NCBI GenBank assembly: GCA_016213435.1 | Contig: JACRAL010000037.1 | Span: 19,503 to 83,502, forward strand | Reading direction: 5' to 3' | DNA from: Bacteroidota bacterium | GTDB lineage: Bacteria > Bacteroidota > Bacteroidia > Palsa-948 | DNA length: 64,000 bases | In this document: piece after piece, positions 38,272 through 47,224 of the stretch | Layout of the letters: each line of letters opens with the position of its first letter | Numbering within the stretch: position 1 is the first letter of the stretch | Translations under genes and position numbers: made by a program | The notes under the pieces: model-generated | Told to the model about the DNA's origin: nothing | What the model saw: only the letters and a program-made list of their open reading frames with translations | Database searches by the model: none

Positions 38272-38976
38272 TTATAAGTTTCTTATTCTGAACAATAAAA
38301 GTTCCTTCGTATATCTGAAAACCCTTGGGATAAGATTTTTATTTCCCACGCCAAAATTTCTTTGCCCAAATATAGCAGGTATTTGTAAAATGGAACAGTT
38401 TTTTTTCTGAAGAAAATAGAGCAATCGCATATAATAATCTCCGAATCCAAAAAATATTTTATTAAAATCACATTTATAAATCACCTCTTTTTTTATTGCA
38501 AAATAACCGAACAGGTTCTCAGTAATTCCCGATAAAAGTGTAAAACGAATAAACAAATTAAACATCCAACTCGATATTATTCTGAATAAATTATAATGTT
38601 TTTCAAGGGGAAAGTATAGAAATCTGGAGCCAATGACACAGTCATAATATTTCAAATTATCAATCATGATAGGTAAATATTTAGGTAGATGATTAAAATC
38701 AGAATCCATTACGACAATAATATCACCGGAGGCATTTTCAATTCCGCATCGGATGGATTTTGCAAAGCCCCTGTCTGTTTCTCTTAAAATTGCTTTAACA
38801 TAAGAAAGATTTAAATCAAGCAGTGCCTTATAAGTGCCGTCCGGGCTGTTATCATCAACCACTAATATGTCATGATCATATCCGGCAATTGCTTCGTGTA
38901 TCGCAGGAACTAACATTAATATCGAATCCTTTTCATTATATGCAGGCAAAATGACAGATACTTTTTTGTTTTCCAT
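38272..38976 (-). CDS. GT2 polyprenyl-phosphate glycosyltransferase-like (ArnC/DPM1-like)
   Basis: VSVILPAYNE...VVDDNSPDGT...DSD, a GT-A DxD fold. Confidence 0.8.
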   Translation of the reverse strand: MENKKVSVILPAYNEKDSILMLVPAIHEAIAGYDHDILVVDDNSPDGTYKALLDLNLSYVKAILRETDRGFAKSIRCGIENASGDIIVVMDSDFNHLPKYLPIMIDNLKYYDCVIGSRFLYFPLEKHYNLFRIISSWMFNLFIRFTLLSGITENLFGYFAIKKEVIYKCDFNKIFFGFGDYYMRLLYFLQKKNCSILQIPAIFGQRNFGVGNKNLIPRVFRYTKELLLFRIRNL

Positions 38977-39072
38977 TATATATTGCAGAAAATTTTAATT
39001 ATTGTTTCCACAAATGCAATAGCCGAAAGTACTTTAAATTCCAATAGGATAAATCGCACAATAAAGTACTGA

Positions 39073-41271
39073 TTGTTTTTGCGAGGCGTGCATATTTTAT
39101 ACATTTGCACCAACTACTTTTCATTCATTCCTGTGCGTATAATAATATTTTCAGTCACAATTTTCTGCTTAGGACTTACTGTTGTTTTCTCACAAGGCAC
39201 TTGGACTCAAAAAGCAAATTTTGGTGGAGGTTCAAGAGGCTGGGCAACAGGATTCTCTATTGGAAATAAAGGATACATCGGGCTTGGTGCAAATCCAATG
39301 AGTGTTAAGTGGAATGATTTCTGGGAATGGGATCAGGCAACAAATGTGTGGACTCAAAAAGCAAATTTTCCCGGAACAGCGAGAGATAACGCGTCCGGTT
39401 TTTCTATCGGAACAAAAGGATATATTGGAATTGGAGGCATTTATTCTGGCGGGCCTTTTTATTCCGATTTATGGGAGTGGGATCAGGCGACAAATACATG
39501 GAGTCAAAAAGCAAGTTTTCCTGGAACTGCACGTCAACTTGCTGCTGGTTTTTCTATTGGCACCAAAGGTTATTTTGGAACTGGAGGGGTTGATCCAAGC
39601 GGACCATTCTATTCTGATTTCTGGGAATGGGATCAAGCATCAAATGTTTGGACTCAAAAAGCAAATTTTGGAGGAACTACAAGGAATGGTGCGGTTGGAT
39701 TTTCTATCGGCACAAAAGCGTATATCGGAACCGGACGTACAGCAAGCGGCTTTACAAATGATTTCTGGGAATGGGACCAAGCATCAAACACCTGGACACA
39801 AAAAGCAAATTTTGGTGGAGGAGCCAGGTATGCGGCAACTGCATTTACAATTGGAACAAAAGGATATGTTGGAACAGGATATAACGGGTCATTTCAACAA
39901 ACATTTTGGGAATGGAATCAGACAACAAACGTTTGGACTCAACTGGCAAATTTTGGAGGAGGAATTACTTCAAGTGCGGCCGGTTTTTCTATTGGTAATT
40001 GCGGATATGTTGGAACAGGAGGCCATACAAGTTCCGGTATACTGACCGATAGCTTTTGGGAGTTTTGTCCCAATTCCAGCTGCTGTAATATTTTAACTGT
40101 TACAGCCGTTTCACAAAATATTTTATGCAACTCACAATGCACCGGCACCGGCACCGGCACCGTAAATCCTGCTAACGGAACAGCCCCTTACACTTACAAT
40201 TGGAGCAACGGGCAAACTTTTCAAACAGCCACCGGTCTTTGCGCAGGAACTTATTCTGTATTAGTTACAGATGCATCCAGCGCAACAAGTTCAGCAACTG
40301 TTACTATCACGCAACCTGCTACACTATCTTCATCGGCAGATTCCTCCTCTGCTACTTGCCTTAACAACAATGGCAGTGCATCCATAACTGCAAGCGGAGG
40401 AACGCCCGGATATTCTTACAGTTGGAATCCATCATCTCAAACTTCTCAAACTGCGACCGGGCTTGTTGCAGGAAATTATTCAGTGATTATTACGGATGCA
40501 AACGGCTGTACTAAAACGCAAACTGTAACAGTGACAGCAACCAGCCCCCTGATACTGAACACTTCTTCTACGCAAACAGGATGCACGTTAAATAACGGAA
40601 CCGCTTTGGCTAACCCAAACAACGGAACTGCTCCTTACTCTTATAACTGGAACAACGGACAAACTTCTCAAACTGCAACAGGCCTTGGAGTTGGTAACTA
40701 TACAGTATCGGTGACAGATGCAAATGGATGCGTACAATCGCAAACCATTACAGTGATTTCCTCTCCCGGTCCCGCTGTATCCGTAAGTTCAGTAACAAAT
40801 GCTGTTTCTTCGGGCGACAGCACCTTGCTTAGTGCAACAGGAGGAGGAACTTATCAATGGACACCCTCCACGGGATTAAGCTGCACTACCTGCGCAAACA
40901 CCCAGGCAACTCCTGCGCAAACCACCACGTATTGTGTTTTGGCCACCGACAGCAACGGATGCACCGGCAGCGCCTGCCTCAGTATTGAAATACTCTGCGG
41001 AAATCTTTTTGTTCCCAACGCCTTTTCGCCTAACAACGATGAACAAAATGATTTTGAATGCGTAATGGGCAACTGTATACAAACTTTATATTTTACTATT
41101 TACAACCGCTGGGGAGAAAAAGTATTTGAAACTACCGATCCAAAAATCTGCTGGGATGGGATTTATAAAGGAAAGCTAATGAATACAGCGGTGTTCGTTT
41201 ATTATTTAGAAGCAACGCTGACCAACGGGACAAAAATTAATAAAAAGGGAAATATTTCTCTGGTCAGATAA
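39073..41271 (+). CDS. Secreted repeat protein: 6 Kelch-like blades, 4 SprB/HYR-like repeats and a T9SS type B (CHU_C) sorting domain
   Basis: WTQKANFGG..R..A.GFSIG.KGY.GTG repeats x6, then NG.A...GGTAPYSY.WNNGQTSQTATGL..GNY.V.VTDANGC x4, then a C-terminal FVPNAFSPNNDEQND...IYNRWGEKVFE. The likely start is the GTG at 39133, which gives a signal peptide. Confidence 0.85.
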   Translation: MFLRGVHILYICTNYFSFIPVRIIIFSVTIFCLGLTVVFSQGTWTQKANFGGGSRGWATGFSIGNKGYIGLGANPMSVKWNDFWEWDQATNVWTQKANFPGTARDNASGFSIGTKGYIGIGGIYSGGPFYSDLWEWDQATNTWSQKASFPGTARQLAAGFSIGTKGYFGTGGVDPSGPFYSDFWEWDQASNVWTQKANFGGTTRNGAVGFSIGTKAYIGTGRTASGFTNDFWEWDQASNTWTQKANFGGGARYAATAFTIGTKGYVGTGYNGSFQQTFWEWNQTTNVWTQLANFGGGITSSAAGFSIGNCGYVGTGGHTSSGILTDSFWEFCPNSSCCNILTVTAVSQNILCNSQCTGTGTGTVNPANGTAPYTYNWSNGQTFQTATGLCAGTYSVLVTDASSATSSATVTITQPATLSSSADSSSATCLNNNGSASITASGGTPGYSYSWNPSSQTSQTATGLVAGNYSVIITDANGCTKTQTVTVTATSPLILNTSSTQTGCTLNNGTALANPNNGTAPYSYNWNNGQTSQTATGLGVGNYTVSVTDANGCVQSQTITVISSPGPAVSVSSVTNAVSSGDSTLLSATGGGTYQWTPSTGLSCTTCANTQATPAQTTTYCVLATDSNGCTGSACLSIEILCGNLFVPNAFSPNNDEQNDFECVMGNCIQTLYFTIYNRWGEKVFETTDPKICWDGIYKGKLMNTAVFVYYLEATLTNGTKINKKGNISLVR

Positions 41272-41307
41272 TTGCCCGCTCCAAAATTCTTACCTTCGTT
41301 TCCCCAT

Positions 41308-42672
41308 ATGAAAAAGATCTGCAACAATATCCTTGAAACCATTGGCAACACGCCATTGGTAAAACTCAACAGCATCACGAAAGAGGTGAAAGCCACCGTG
41401 CTTGCAAAAGTGGAAACTTTTAATCCCGGCAATTCTATCAAAGATCGTATGGCGCTGAAGATGATTGAAGACGCGGAGAAGAAAGGATTACTGAAACCCG
41501 GCTATACAATTATTGAAGGAACTTCGGGAAATACAGGAATGGGATTGGCAATTGCCGCCATCGTGAAAGGATATAAATGCATTTTTACCACTACGGATAA
41601 GCAATCCAAAGAAAAAGCAGATGCGCTGCGCGCTTTCGGTGCGGAAGTAATTATTTGTCCTACCGATGTTGATCCCGAAGATTCGCGTTCTTATTATTCT
41701 GTTTCATCGCGGCTGGGAAAAGAAGTTCCGAATTCATGGAAAGCAAATCAGTATGACAATCTTTCAAACTCTCAGGCGCATTACGAATCTACGGGTCCGG
41801 AGATATGGGAACAGACCGGAGGAAAAATCGATCACTTGGTTGTTGGCGTAGGAACAGGCGGAACAATTTCTGGAACAGGAAGATTTCTGAAAGAAAAAAA
41901 TCCGAAGCTGAAAGTGTGGGGAATTGACACTTACGGTTCTGTTTTTAAAAAATATAAAGAGACCGGAATTTTTGACAAGAACGAAATATATCCTTACATC
42001 ACCGAAGGAATCGGGGAAGATTTTTTGCCAAAGAATGTCGACTTCAATATCATTGACCACTTTGAAAAGGTTACGGATAAGGATGCTGCCATGATGACGC
42101 GCGAAATTGTCAGACAGGAAGGAATATTTGTCGGCAATTCAGCCGGTTCGGCTATTGCAGGATTGCTTCAGCTGAAAAATAATTTCAAATCCGGAGAAGT
42201 AGTGGTGGTAATTTTTCATGATCACGGCACGCGCTATCTCGGAAAGATGTTCAACGATGAATGGATGCGCGCGAAAGGGTTCTTTGATAAGAAAGGGCTC
42301 ACCGCAAAAGACCTGGTGGCATCTCAAAAGGGGAAATTAATTTCTCTTGATGTGAAAGACACTATTGATCGTGCTGTGAAAATCATGAGCGATAATGATT
42401 TCTCTCAGGTAGCAGTTACTAACGAAGGACGTGTTGTGGGTTCATTGAACGAGCAGCATCTTTATACTCAGATCGTAAAAAATCCGGATATTAAATCTAA
42501 GCCCGTTGAAACGATTATGCAACCGGCTTTTCCATATGTGGATATTTCTACACCCATAGATTCGCTTTCCGGCATGATAACAACAGAGAATATCGCTGTT
42601 CTTGTCCGCGATTTCAAAACCGATGAAACATTCATCATCACCCGTTCCGATATCATCAAAGCACTTTGCTGA
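41308..42672 (+). CDS. Cystathionine beta-synthase (PLP domain plus CBS pair)
   Basis: MKKICNNILETIGNTPLVKLN, PLP lysine motif NSIKDR, GTSGNTG and a C-terminal CBS pair. The ORF-track start at 41272 is probably too early. Confidence 0.85.
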   Translation: MKKICNNILETIGNTPLVKLNSITKEVKATVLAKVETFNPGNSIKDRMALKMIEDAEKKGLLKPGYTIIEGTSGNTGMGLAIAAIVKGYKCIFTTTDKQSKEKADALRAFGAEVIICPTDVDPEDSRSYYSVSSRLGKEVPNSWKANQYDNLSNSQAHYESTGPEIWEQTGGKIDHLVVGVGTGGTISGTGRFLKEKNPKLKVWGIDTYGSVFKKYKETGIFDKNEIYPYITEGIGEDFLPKNVDFNIIDHFEKVTDKDAAMMTREIVRQEGIFVGNSAGSAIAGLLQLKNNFKSGEVVVVIFHDHGTRYLGKMFNDEWMRAKGFFDKKGLTAKDLVASQKGKLISLDVKDTIDRAVKIMSDNDFSQVAVTNEGRVVGSLNEQHLYTQIVKNPDIKSKPVETIMQPAFPYVDISTPIDSLSGMITTENIAVLVRDFKTDETFIITRSDIIKALC

Positions 42673-42791
42673 TTGTTCTGTTTTTATGATCAATTCTGCA
42701 CAATTTTTTCTTTGTATATTCGCAAAATGAAAAACGGAATAAGTATGTTGTTAATATCTACCACCCCATCTCCTTATTCTAAAATTCTTCA

Positions 42792-43766
42792 ATGAGACCC
42801 TCTAAAGAAATAAAGACCGGCATTCTCGTTATTGTTTCAATTGCTGTGTTTGTCTATGGATTTAATTTTCTTAAAGGGAAGAATCTTTTTTCCGAAAGAC
42901 GAGTATTCTATGCCGTATATCCTGAAGTTGCAGGAATTGTGGAGGCAAATCCTGTTCAGTTAAATGGGTTTAAAGTAGGACGGGTAAAAGATATTCAACT
43001 ATTCGGCACCAGCGGAAAAATTATCGTAACATTCACCATCTCAGATAAAAATCTGAACATCCCCCAGAATTCTGTTGCTAAGATCATCAGTTCGGACCTG
43101 TTGGGAGCAAAAGCAATTCAATTAATTCCTAGTACTGCAAAAGAATTCTCAAAAGATGGAGATACGCTGATTGGCATAGTTGAAGCATCCTTGCAGGAAT
43201 CGGTAAATGCTACGGTTAAACCACTCAAAGATAAAGCGGAAAAACTTATTTCATCTATTGATTCCATCATGCTTGTTGTTCAGGCGGTTCTTGATAAAAG
43301 CACAAGAGAAAATCTGAGTAAAAGTTTTGAAAGCATAAAACATGCGCTTGAAACATTTGACCGCACCTCTATGCGCTTAGATACCCTTATTGCATCCGAG
43401 CGATACAAGATATCCACTATTTTCTCGAAAGTGGAATCCATTTCCTCCAACTTGGCTTCGAATAACGATAAAATATCAAGTGCAATAAAGAATTTCTCTT
43501 CCATCAGTGATACGCTTGCAAAAGCAAATCTTTCCAAAACAATTGAGAATGCAAATTCTGCACTCACAAGTATTTCAAGTGTGATGGAGAAGATTAATAA
43601 AGGAGAAGGATCTGCAGGATTGCTTGTGCGTGACGATAAGTTGTATAAAAATCTGTCTTCGGCTTCCGGAAATTTGGATAGTTTGCTGAAAGACATGGAT
43701 GAAAATCCATGGAGGTATTTTTCTCTCTACGGGAAAAAGAAGAGAACTAAAAAACACAATCGCTGA
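42792..43766 (+). CDS. MlaD/MCE family protein
   Basis: An N-terminal TM helix is followed by an MCE domain (ANPVQLNGFKVGRVKDI). Confidence 0.8.
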   Translation: MRPSKEIKTGILVIVSIAVFVYGFNFLKGKNLFSERRVFYAVYPEVAGIVEANPVQLNGFKVGRVKDIQLFGTSGKIIVTFTISDKNLNIPQNSVAKIISSDLLGAKAIQLIPSTAKEFSKDGDTLIGIVEASLQESVNATVKPLKDKAEKLISSIDSIMLVVQAVLDKSTRENLSKSFESIKHALETFDRTSMRLDTLIASERYKISTIFSKVESISSNLASNNDKISSAIKNFSSISDTLAKANLSKTIENANSALTSISSVMEKINKGEGSAGLLVRDDKLYKNLSSASGNLDSLLKDMDENPWRYFSLYGKKKRTKKHNR

Positions 43767-43775
43767 TCTTTCCTA

Positions 43776-45131
43776 ATGGGAATTTCCAATATCATATTCA
43801 TCCTGCTTCTCATCGCAGGATCTGGTCTGTTTATTTTCAACGCTAAGAAAATCAGGCGAAATATTCTCCTTGGAAAAGAGGTTGAACGCAAGGATAGAAA
43901 ATCTGAACGATGGAAGATTATGATTCTTGTCGCTTTGGGGCAGAAAAAAATGTTCTCGCGCCCGATTCCCGCTATTTTGCATTTGTTTGTGTATGTCGGC
44001 TTCGTTCTCATCAATATTGAAGTGCTTGAAATGTTTATTGACGGAATATTCGGCACTCACCGTTTTCTTTCCATCCTGAATTTCGAATTCTTTTATTTCT
44101 ATAATTTCCTGATCGGATTTTTTGAAATGCTGGCTTTTTTGGTGACATTTGGTTGTGCCGTATTTTTTATCCGCAGAAATATCATTCATGTGAAACGCCT
44201 TGTGATGAAAGAACTCAACGGCTGGCCAAGAATGGATGCTAACCTGATTCTGTGTTCTGAAATTATTTTGATGAGTGCTTTATTCCTGATGAATGCTGCA
44301 GATCAAACTCTTCAGCAAATGCACAGCGAACATTATTTTGCTGCAGGGAGTTTTCCTGTCAGTCAATTTATTGTTCCACTGCTGAGTGGATTGCAGGAAC
44401 ATTCATTGATGATGATCGAGAGATTCTGCTGGTGGTTTCACATCATCGGTATTTTTGGATTTCTGAATTACATTATTATCTCAAAACATTTTCATATCGT
44501 TCTTGCATTTCCGAATGTGTTTTATTCTAACCTGAATTCTAAAGGTCAGTTCTCAAATCTGCAAAGTGTGACCAACGAAGTGCAAGCAATGTTGGGAGCC
44601 CACCCCAACCCTCCCGAAGGGAGGGAGTTCTCTCCCTCTTCGGGGGAGTTGGAGGGGGCTTCGCCTCCTAACCGTTTCGGAGCAAAAGATGTTTTCGATC
44701 TTTCCTGGAAACAATTATTAGAGGCCTACACCTGCACCGAGTGCGGAAGATGCACTTCTTCCTGCCCTGCAAATCAAACAGGAAAACTTTTGTCGCCAAG
44801 AAAAATAATGATGAGCACACGGGATAGGGTAGAAGAAGTAGGTAGAAATATTGATAAGAATAAAAAGTTCAGCGATGATGGAAAATCACTCTTTGGTAAT
44901 TATATTTCTGCCGAAGAACTTTGGGCTTGCACTTCCTGCAATGCCTGCGTACAGGAATGTCCTGTGAATATTGATCCTTTAAGTATCATCATTGACATCC
45001 GTAGATTCCTTGTGATGGAACAAAGCGCAGCGCCACAAGCACTCAACATGACTTTCACAAATATTGAAAACAACGGAGCGCCATGGCAATATTCTCCGGC
45101 AGATAGGTTGAATTGGGCAAGTGAAAACTAA
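43776..45131 (+). CDS. Membrane-anchored 4Fe-4S dicluster protein (HdrC/GlpC-like)
   Basis: A multi-TM N-terminus is followed by CTECGRCTSSCP and CTSCNACVQECP. It carries a GCH pair at 44597-44661. Confidence 0.75.
   Translation: MGISNIIFILLLIAGSGLFIFNAKKIRRNILLGKEVERKDRKSERWKIMILVALGQKKMFSRPIPAILHLFVYVGFVLINIEVLEMFIDGIFGTHRFLSILNFEFFYFYNFLIGFFEMLAFLVTFGCAVFFIRRNIIHVKRLVMKELNGWPRMDANLILCSEIILMSALFLMNAADQTLQQMHSEHYFAAGSFPVSQFIVPLLSGLQEHSLMMIERFCWWFHIIGIFGFLNYIIISKHFHIVLAFPNVFYSNLNSKGQFSNLQSVTNEVQAMLGAHPNPPEGREFSPSSGELEGASPPNRFGAKDVFDLSWKQLLEAYTCTECGRCTSSCPANQTGKLLSPRKIMMSTRDRVEEVGRNIDKNKKFSDDGKSLFGNYISAEELWACTSCNACVQECPVNIDPLSIIIDIRRFLVMEQSAAPQALNMTFTNIENNGAPWQYSPADRLNWASEN
44597..44661. repeat. 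Back-to-back inverted pair of GCH elements, in frame in a CDS (..HPNPPEGREFSPSSGELEGAS..)
   Basis: gagcccaccccaaccctcccgaagggaggg ... tctccctcttcgggggagttggagggggctt. Confidence 0.7.
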
Positions 45132-45140
45132 ATTAAATAT

Positions 45141-45563
45141 ATGAAAGCAACAAAACTCATACATGTGGAGGAGAACGGAAAAAAACTTTCCCCTAAACTT
45201 CCAAAACACGTAAAGAATTTTCTTATTGATATAGACGGAACGGTGGGAGAAGATATTCCAAACGAAGAGCCGGAGAGAATGGAAAACGCAGAAGTTTATC
45301 CAGATGCGCTGACAATAGTAAATCACTGGTACGATGAAGGTCATATCATTACGTTTTTTACTTCACGCACAGAAGCGCACAGGGAAGTTACAGATCGCTG
45401 GTTGCAAAAATGCGGGTTCAAATATCACGGACTTTTGGTGGGAAAACCACGCGGAGGAAATTATCATTGGATAGATAATCATATTGTACGCGCAACAAAA
45501 TACAATGGTAAATTCACAGAGTTGAAAGATCAAAAAGCAACAGTACAAGTTTTTGAAGAATGA
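45141..45563 (+). CDS. Small HAD-like phosphatase
   Basis: DIDGT (DxDxT motif I), FTSRT (motif II) and GKPRGG...D (motif III); 140 aa. Confidence 0.55.
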   Translation: MKATKLIHVEENGKKLSPKLPKHVKNFLIDIDGTVGEDIPNEEPERMENAEVYPDALTIVNHWYDEGHIITFFTSRTEAHREVTDRWLQKCGFKYHGLLVGKPRGGNYHWIDNHIVRATKYNGKFTELKDQKATVQVFEE

Positions 45564-46342
45564 GCGATCTTAAAGTAAAAACAATGGCAGAGTATGCAGC
45601 TTCGGGAGAAACTCCTGAAATACTATTCTGGGTTGGATGTGCAGGAAGTTTTGACGATCGCGCAAAAAAAATTACCCGTGCTATTGTAAAAATTCTGAAT
45701 CATGTGGGAATGAAGTTTGCCGTGCTGGGTACAGAAGAAAGTTGCACGGGTGATCCGGCTAAGCGTGCAGGCAATGAATTCCTTTTTCAAATGCAGGCGA
45801 TGAACAACATCACCGTGCTGAATAATTATTCCGTAAAGAAAATTGTTACGGGCTGTCCGCATTGTTACAATACATTAAAAAATGAATATCCCGGTCTTGG
45901 CGGGAATTACGAAGTAATTCATCACACGCAATTGGTTCAGCAGTTGATCGATGCCGGAAAACTCAAAGTAAAAGGAGGAAGTTTTTCAGGAAAAAAAATT
46001 ACCTATCATGATGCCTGTTATTTGGGACGAGCGAATGATGTTTACGAAGCCCCACGTTCTGTAATTCAAAACTTAGACGCGAACCTGGATGACATGAAAC
46101 GCAGCCGCGAAAATGGATTTTGCTGCGGTGCCGGAGGTGCGCAGATGTTCAAAGAACCGGAAAAAGGAACTAAAGACGTAAACATTGAACGCACGGAAGA
46201 AGCGCTCACGCTCAAACCCGATGTTATTGCAACCGCTTGTCCATTTTGCATGACTATGATGACGGATGGTGTGAAACATTTTAATAAAGAAAAAGACGTG
46301 AAAGTGATGGATATTGCTGAACTTGCAGCAAATAATTTATAA
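45560..46342 (+). CDS. (Fe-S)-binding protein with two CCG cysteine-rich domains (HdrB/GlpC-like)
   Basis: GCPHCYNTLK and ATACPFCMTMM. An ATGA overlap links it to the upstream gene. Confidence 0.8.
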   Translation: MSDLKVKTMAEYAASGETPEILFWVGCAGSFDDRAKKITRAIVKILNHVGMKFAVLGTEESCTGDPAKRAGNEFLFQMQAMNNITVLNNYSVKKIVTGCPHCYNTLKNEYPGLGGNYEVIHHTQLVQQLIDAGKLKVKGGSFSGKKITYHDACYLGRANDVYEAPRSVIQNLDANLDDMKRSRENGFCCGAGGAQMFKEPEKGTKDVNIERTEEALTLKPDVIATACPFCMTMMTDGVKHFNKEKDVKVMDIAELAANNL

Positions 46343-46344
46343 AT

Positions 46345-46422
46345 CGTCATTGCGAGGGAGGAGCGACCGAAGCAATCTCAAAAAGAGTTGCTGGGAGATT
46401 GCTTCGCTACGCTCGCAATGAC
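46345..46422. repeat. Nested palindromic element (two 12-bp stems)
   Basis: The outer stem is cgtcattgcgag/ctcgcaatgacg. The inner stem is cgaagcaatctc/gagattgcttcg. Confidence 0.75.
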
Positions 46423-46434
46423 GAATAGAAAAAT

Positions 46435-46917
46435 ATGACACAATTTAAAAATATGCCCGCTCACTCCCGCGCCTGGATTTATCAATCCAGCAAGGAGTTT
46501 ACAGAAAATGATAAAAAAATCTTCCACGAACTTTCAGAAACTTTTCTTGAAAACTGGATATCTCACAATAAACCAGTGAAAGGCACCATAGAGCTTTTTC
46601 ATAGCCAATTTGTTGTTGTACTTATTGATGATTTAGATGACAAAGTATGTGGAGGCAGCATTGATGCCTCGCAGCGACTGATGAAAGAACTGGAACAGGA
46701 ACTTAATGTTACGCTGCTCGACAGAATGCTTGCTGCTTATCGTAAAGACGGGAAAATTATTTCCTTGCCGTTACATGAATTCAGAATTTTGGTTGAAAGC
46801 GGTGTGTTGAATGAAAACACGATTGTGTTCAATAATCTTGTGAGTACAAAAGAAGAGTTTGAAAATAATTGGGAAGTGCCTCTTAAAAGAAGCTGGCATA
46901 AGCAGCTTATTGCCTGA
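46435..46917 (+). CDS. Conserved hypothetical protein
   Basis: 160-aa ORF with good coding appearance and no motif I can name. Confidence 0.5.
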   Translation: MTQFKNMPAHSRAWIYQSSKEFTENDKKIFHELSETFLENWISHNKPVKGTIELFHSQFVVVLIDDLDDKVCGGSIDASQRLMKELEQELNVTLLDRMLAAYRKDGKIISLPLHEFRILVESGVLNENTIVFNNLVSTKEEFENNWEVPLKRSWHKQLIA

Positions 46918-47197
46918 ATACAATCTCCTTAATCACTTCTTCGCCTGCTTCTTCATTCAACATTTGAATAATTTTTTCTCTGGAATAAAAAAGTTCTTGT
47001 TTTAGTGGTGCAGAATCAAGATGTAGATACAGTTTTTTATCGTAAATGGAAATCTGTTTGGTATGCTTGGCAATCATCTTGCCCATGATCTTTTCCCATC
47101 CATCAATAATTTTTTGATTGGCAAGTTTTCCGGAAAGTCGTGAGGTTTTCAGAAAAGAGCCGATGGCGTCTTTGAGGGATTGTTCATTGCTTTTCAT
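46907..47197 (-). CDS. DUF721 (DciA-like) protein
   Basis: 96 aa, immediately downstream of recF, as is typical. Confidence 0.65.
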   Translation of the reverse strand: MKSNEQSLKDAIGSFLKTSRLSGKLANQKIIDGWEKIMGKMIAKHTKQISIYDKKLYLHLDSAPLKQELFYSREKIIQMLNEEAGEEVIKEIVFRQ

Positions 47198-47224
47198 GTC
47201 GAGTCAAATTTACTATTAAAAGAG

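Noticed and set aside
39302-40045. 247-aa alternative-frame ORF inside the Kelch-repeat gene
   Set aside because: It lies on the same strand in a different frame of a strongly recognisable repeat protein. Repetitive DNA keeps the frame open.
41272-41307. Upstream extension of the cystathionine beta-synthase ORF
   Set aside because: It begins immediately after the previous gene's stop at a non-ATG codon. The conserved N-terminus starts at MKKICNNILETIGNTPLVKLN (41308).
43280-44189. Two 138-aa minus-strand ORFs (43280-43696 and 43773-44189)
   Set aside because: They are antisense to the MlaD and Fe-S protein genes and are compositional shadows.
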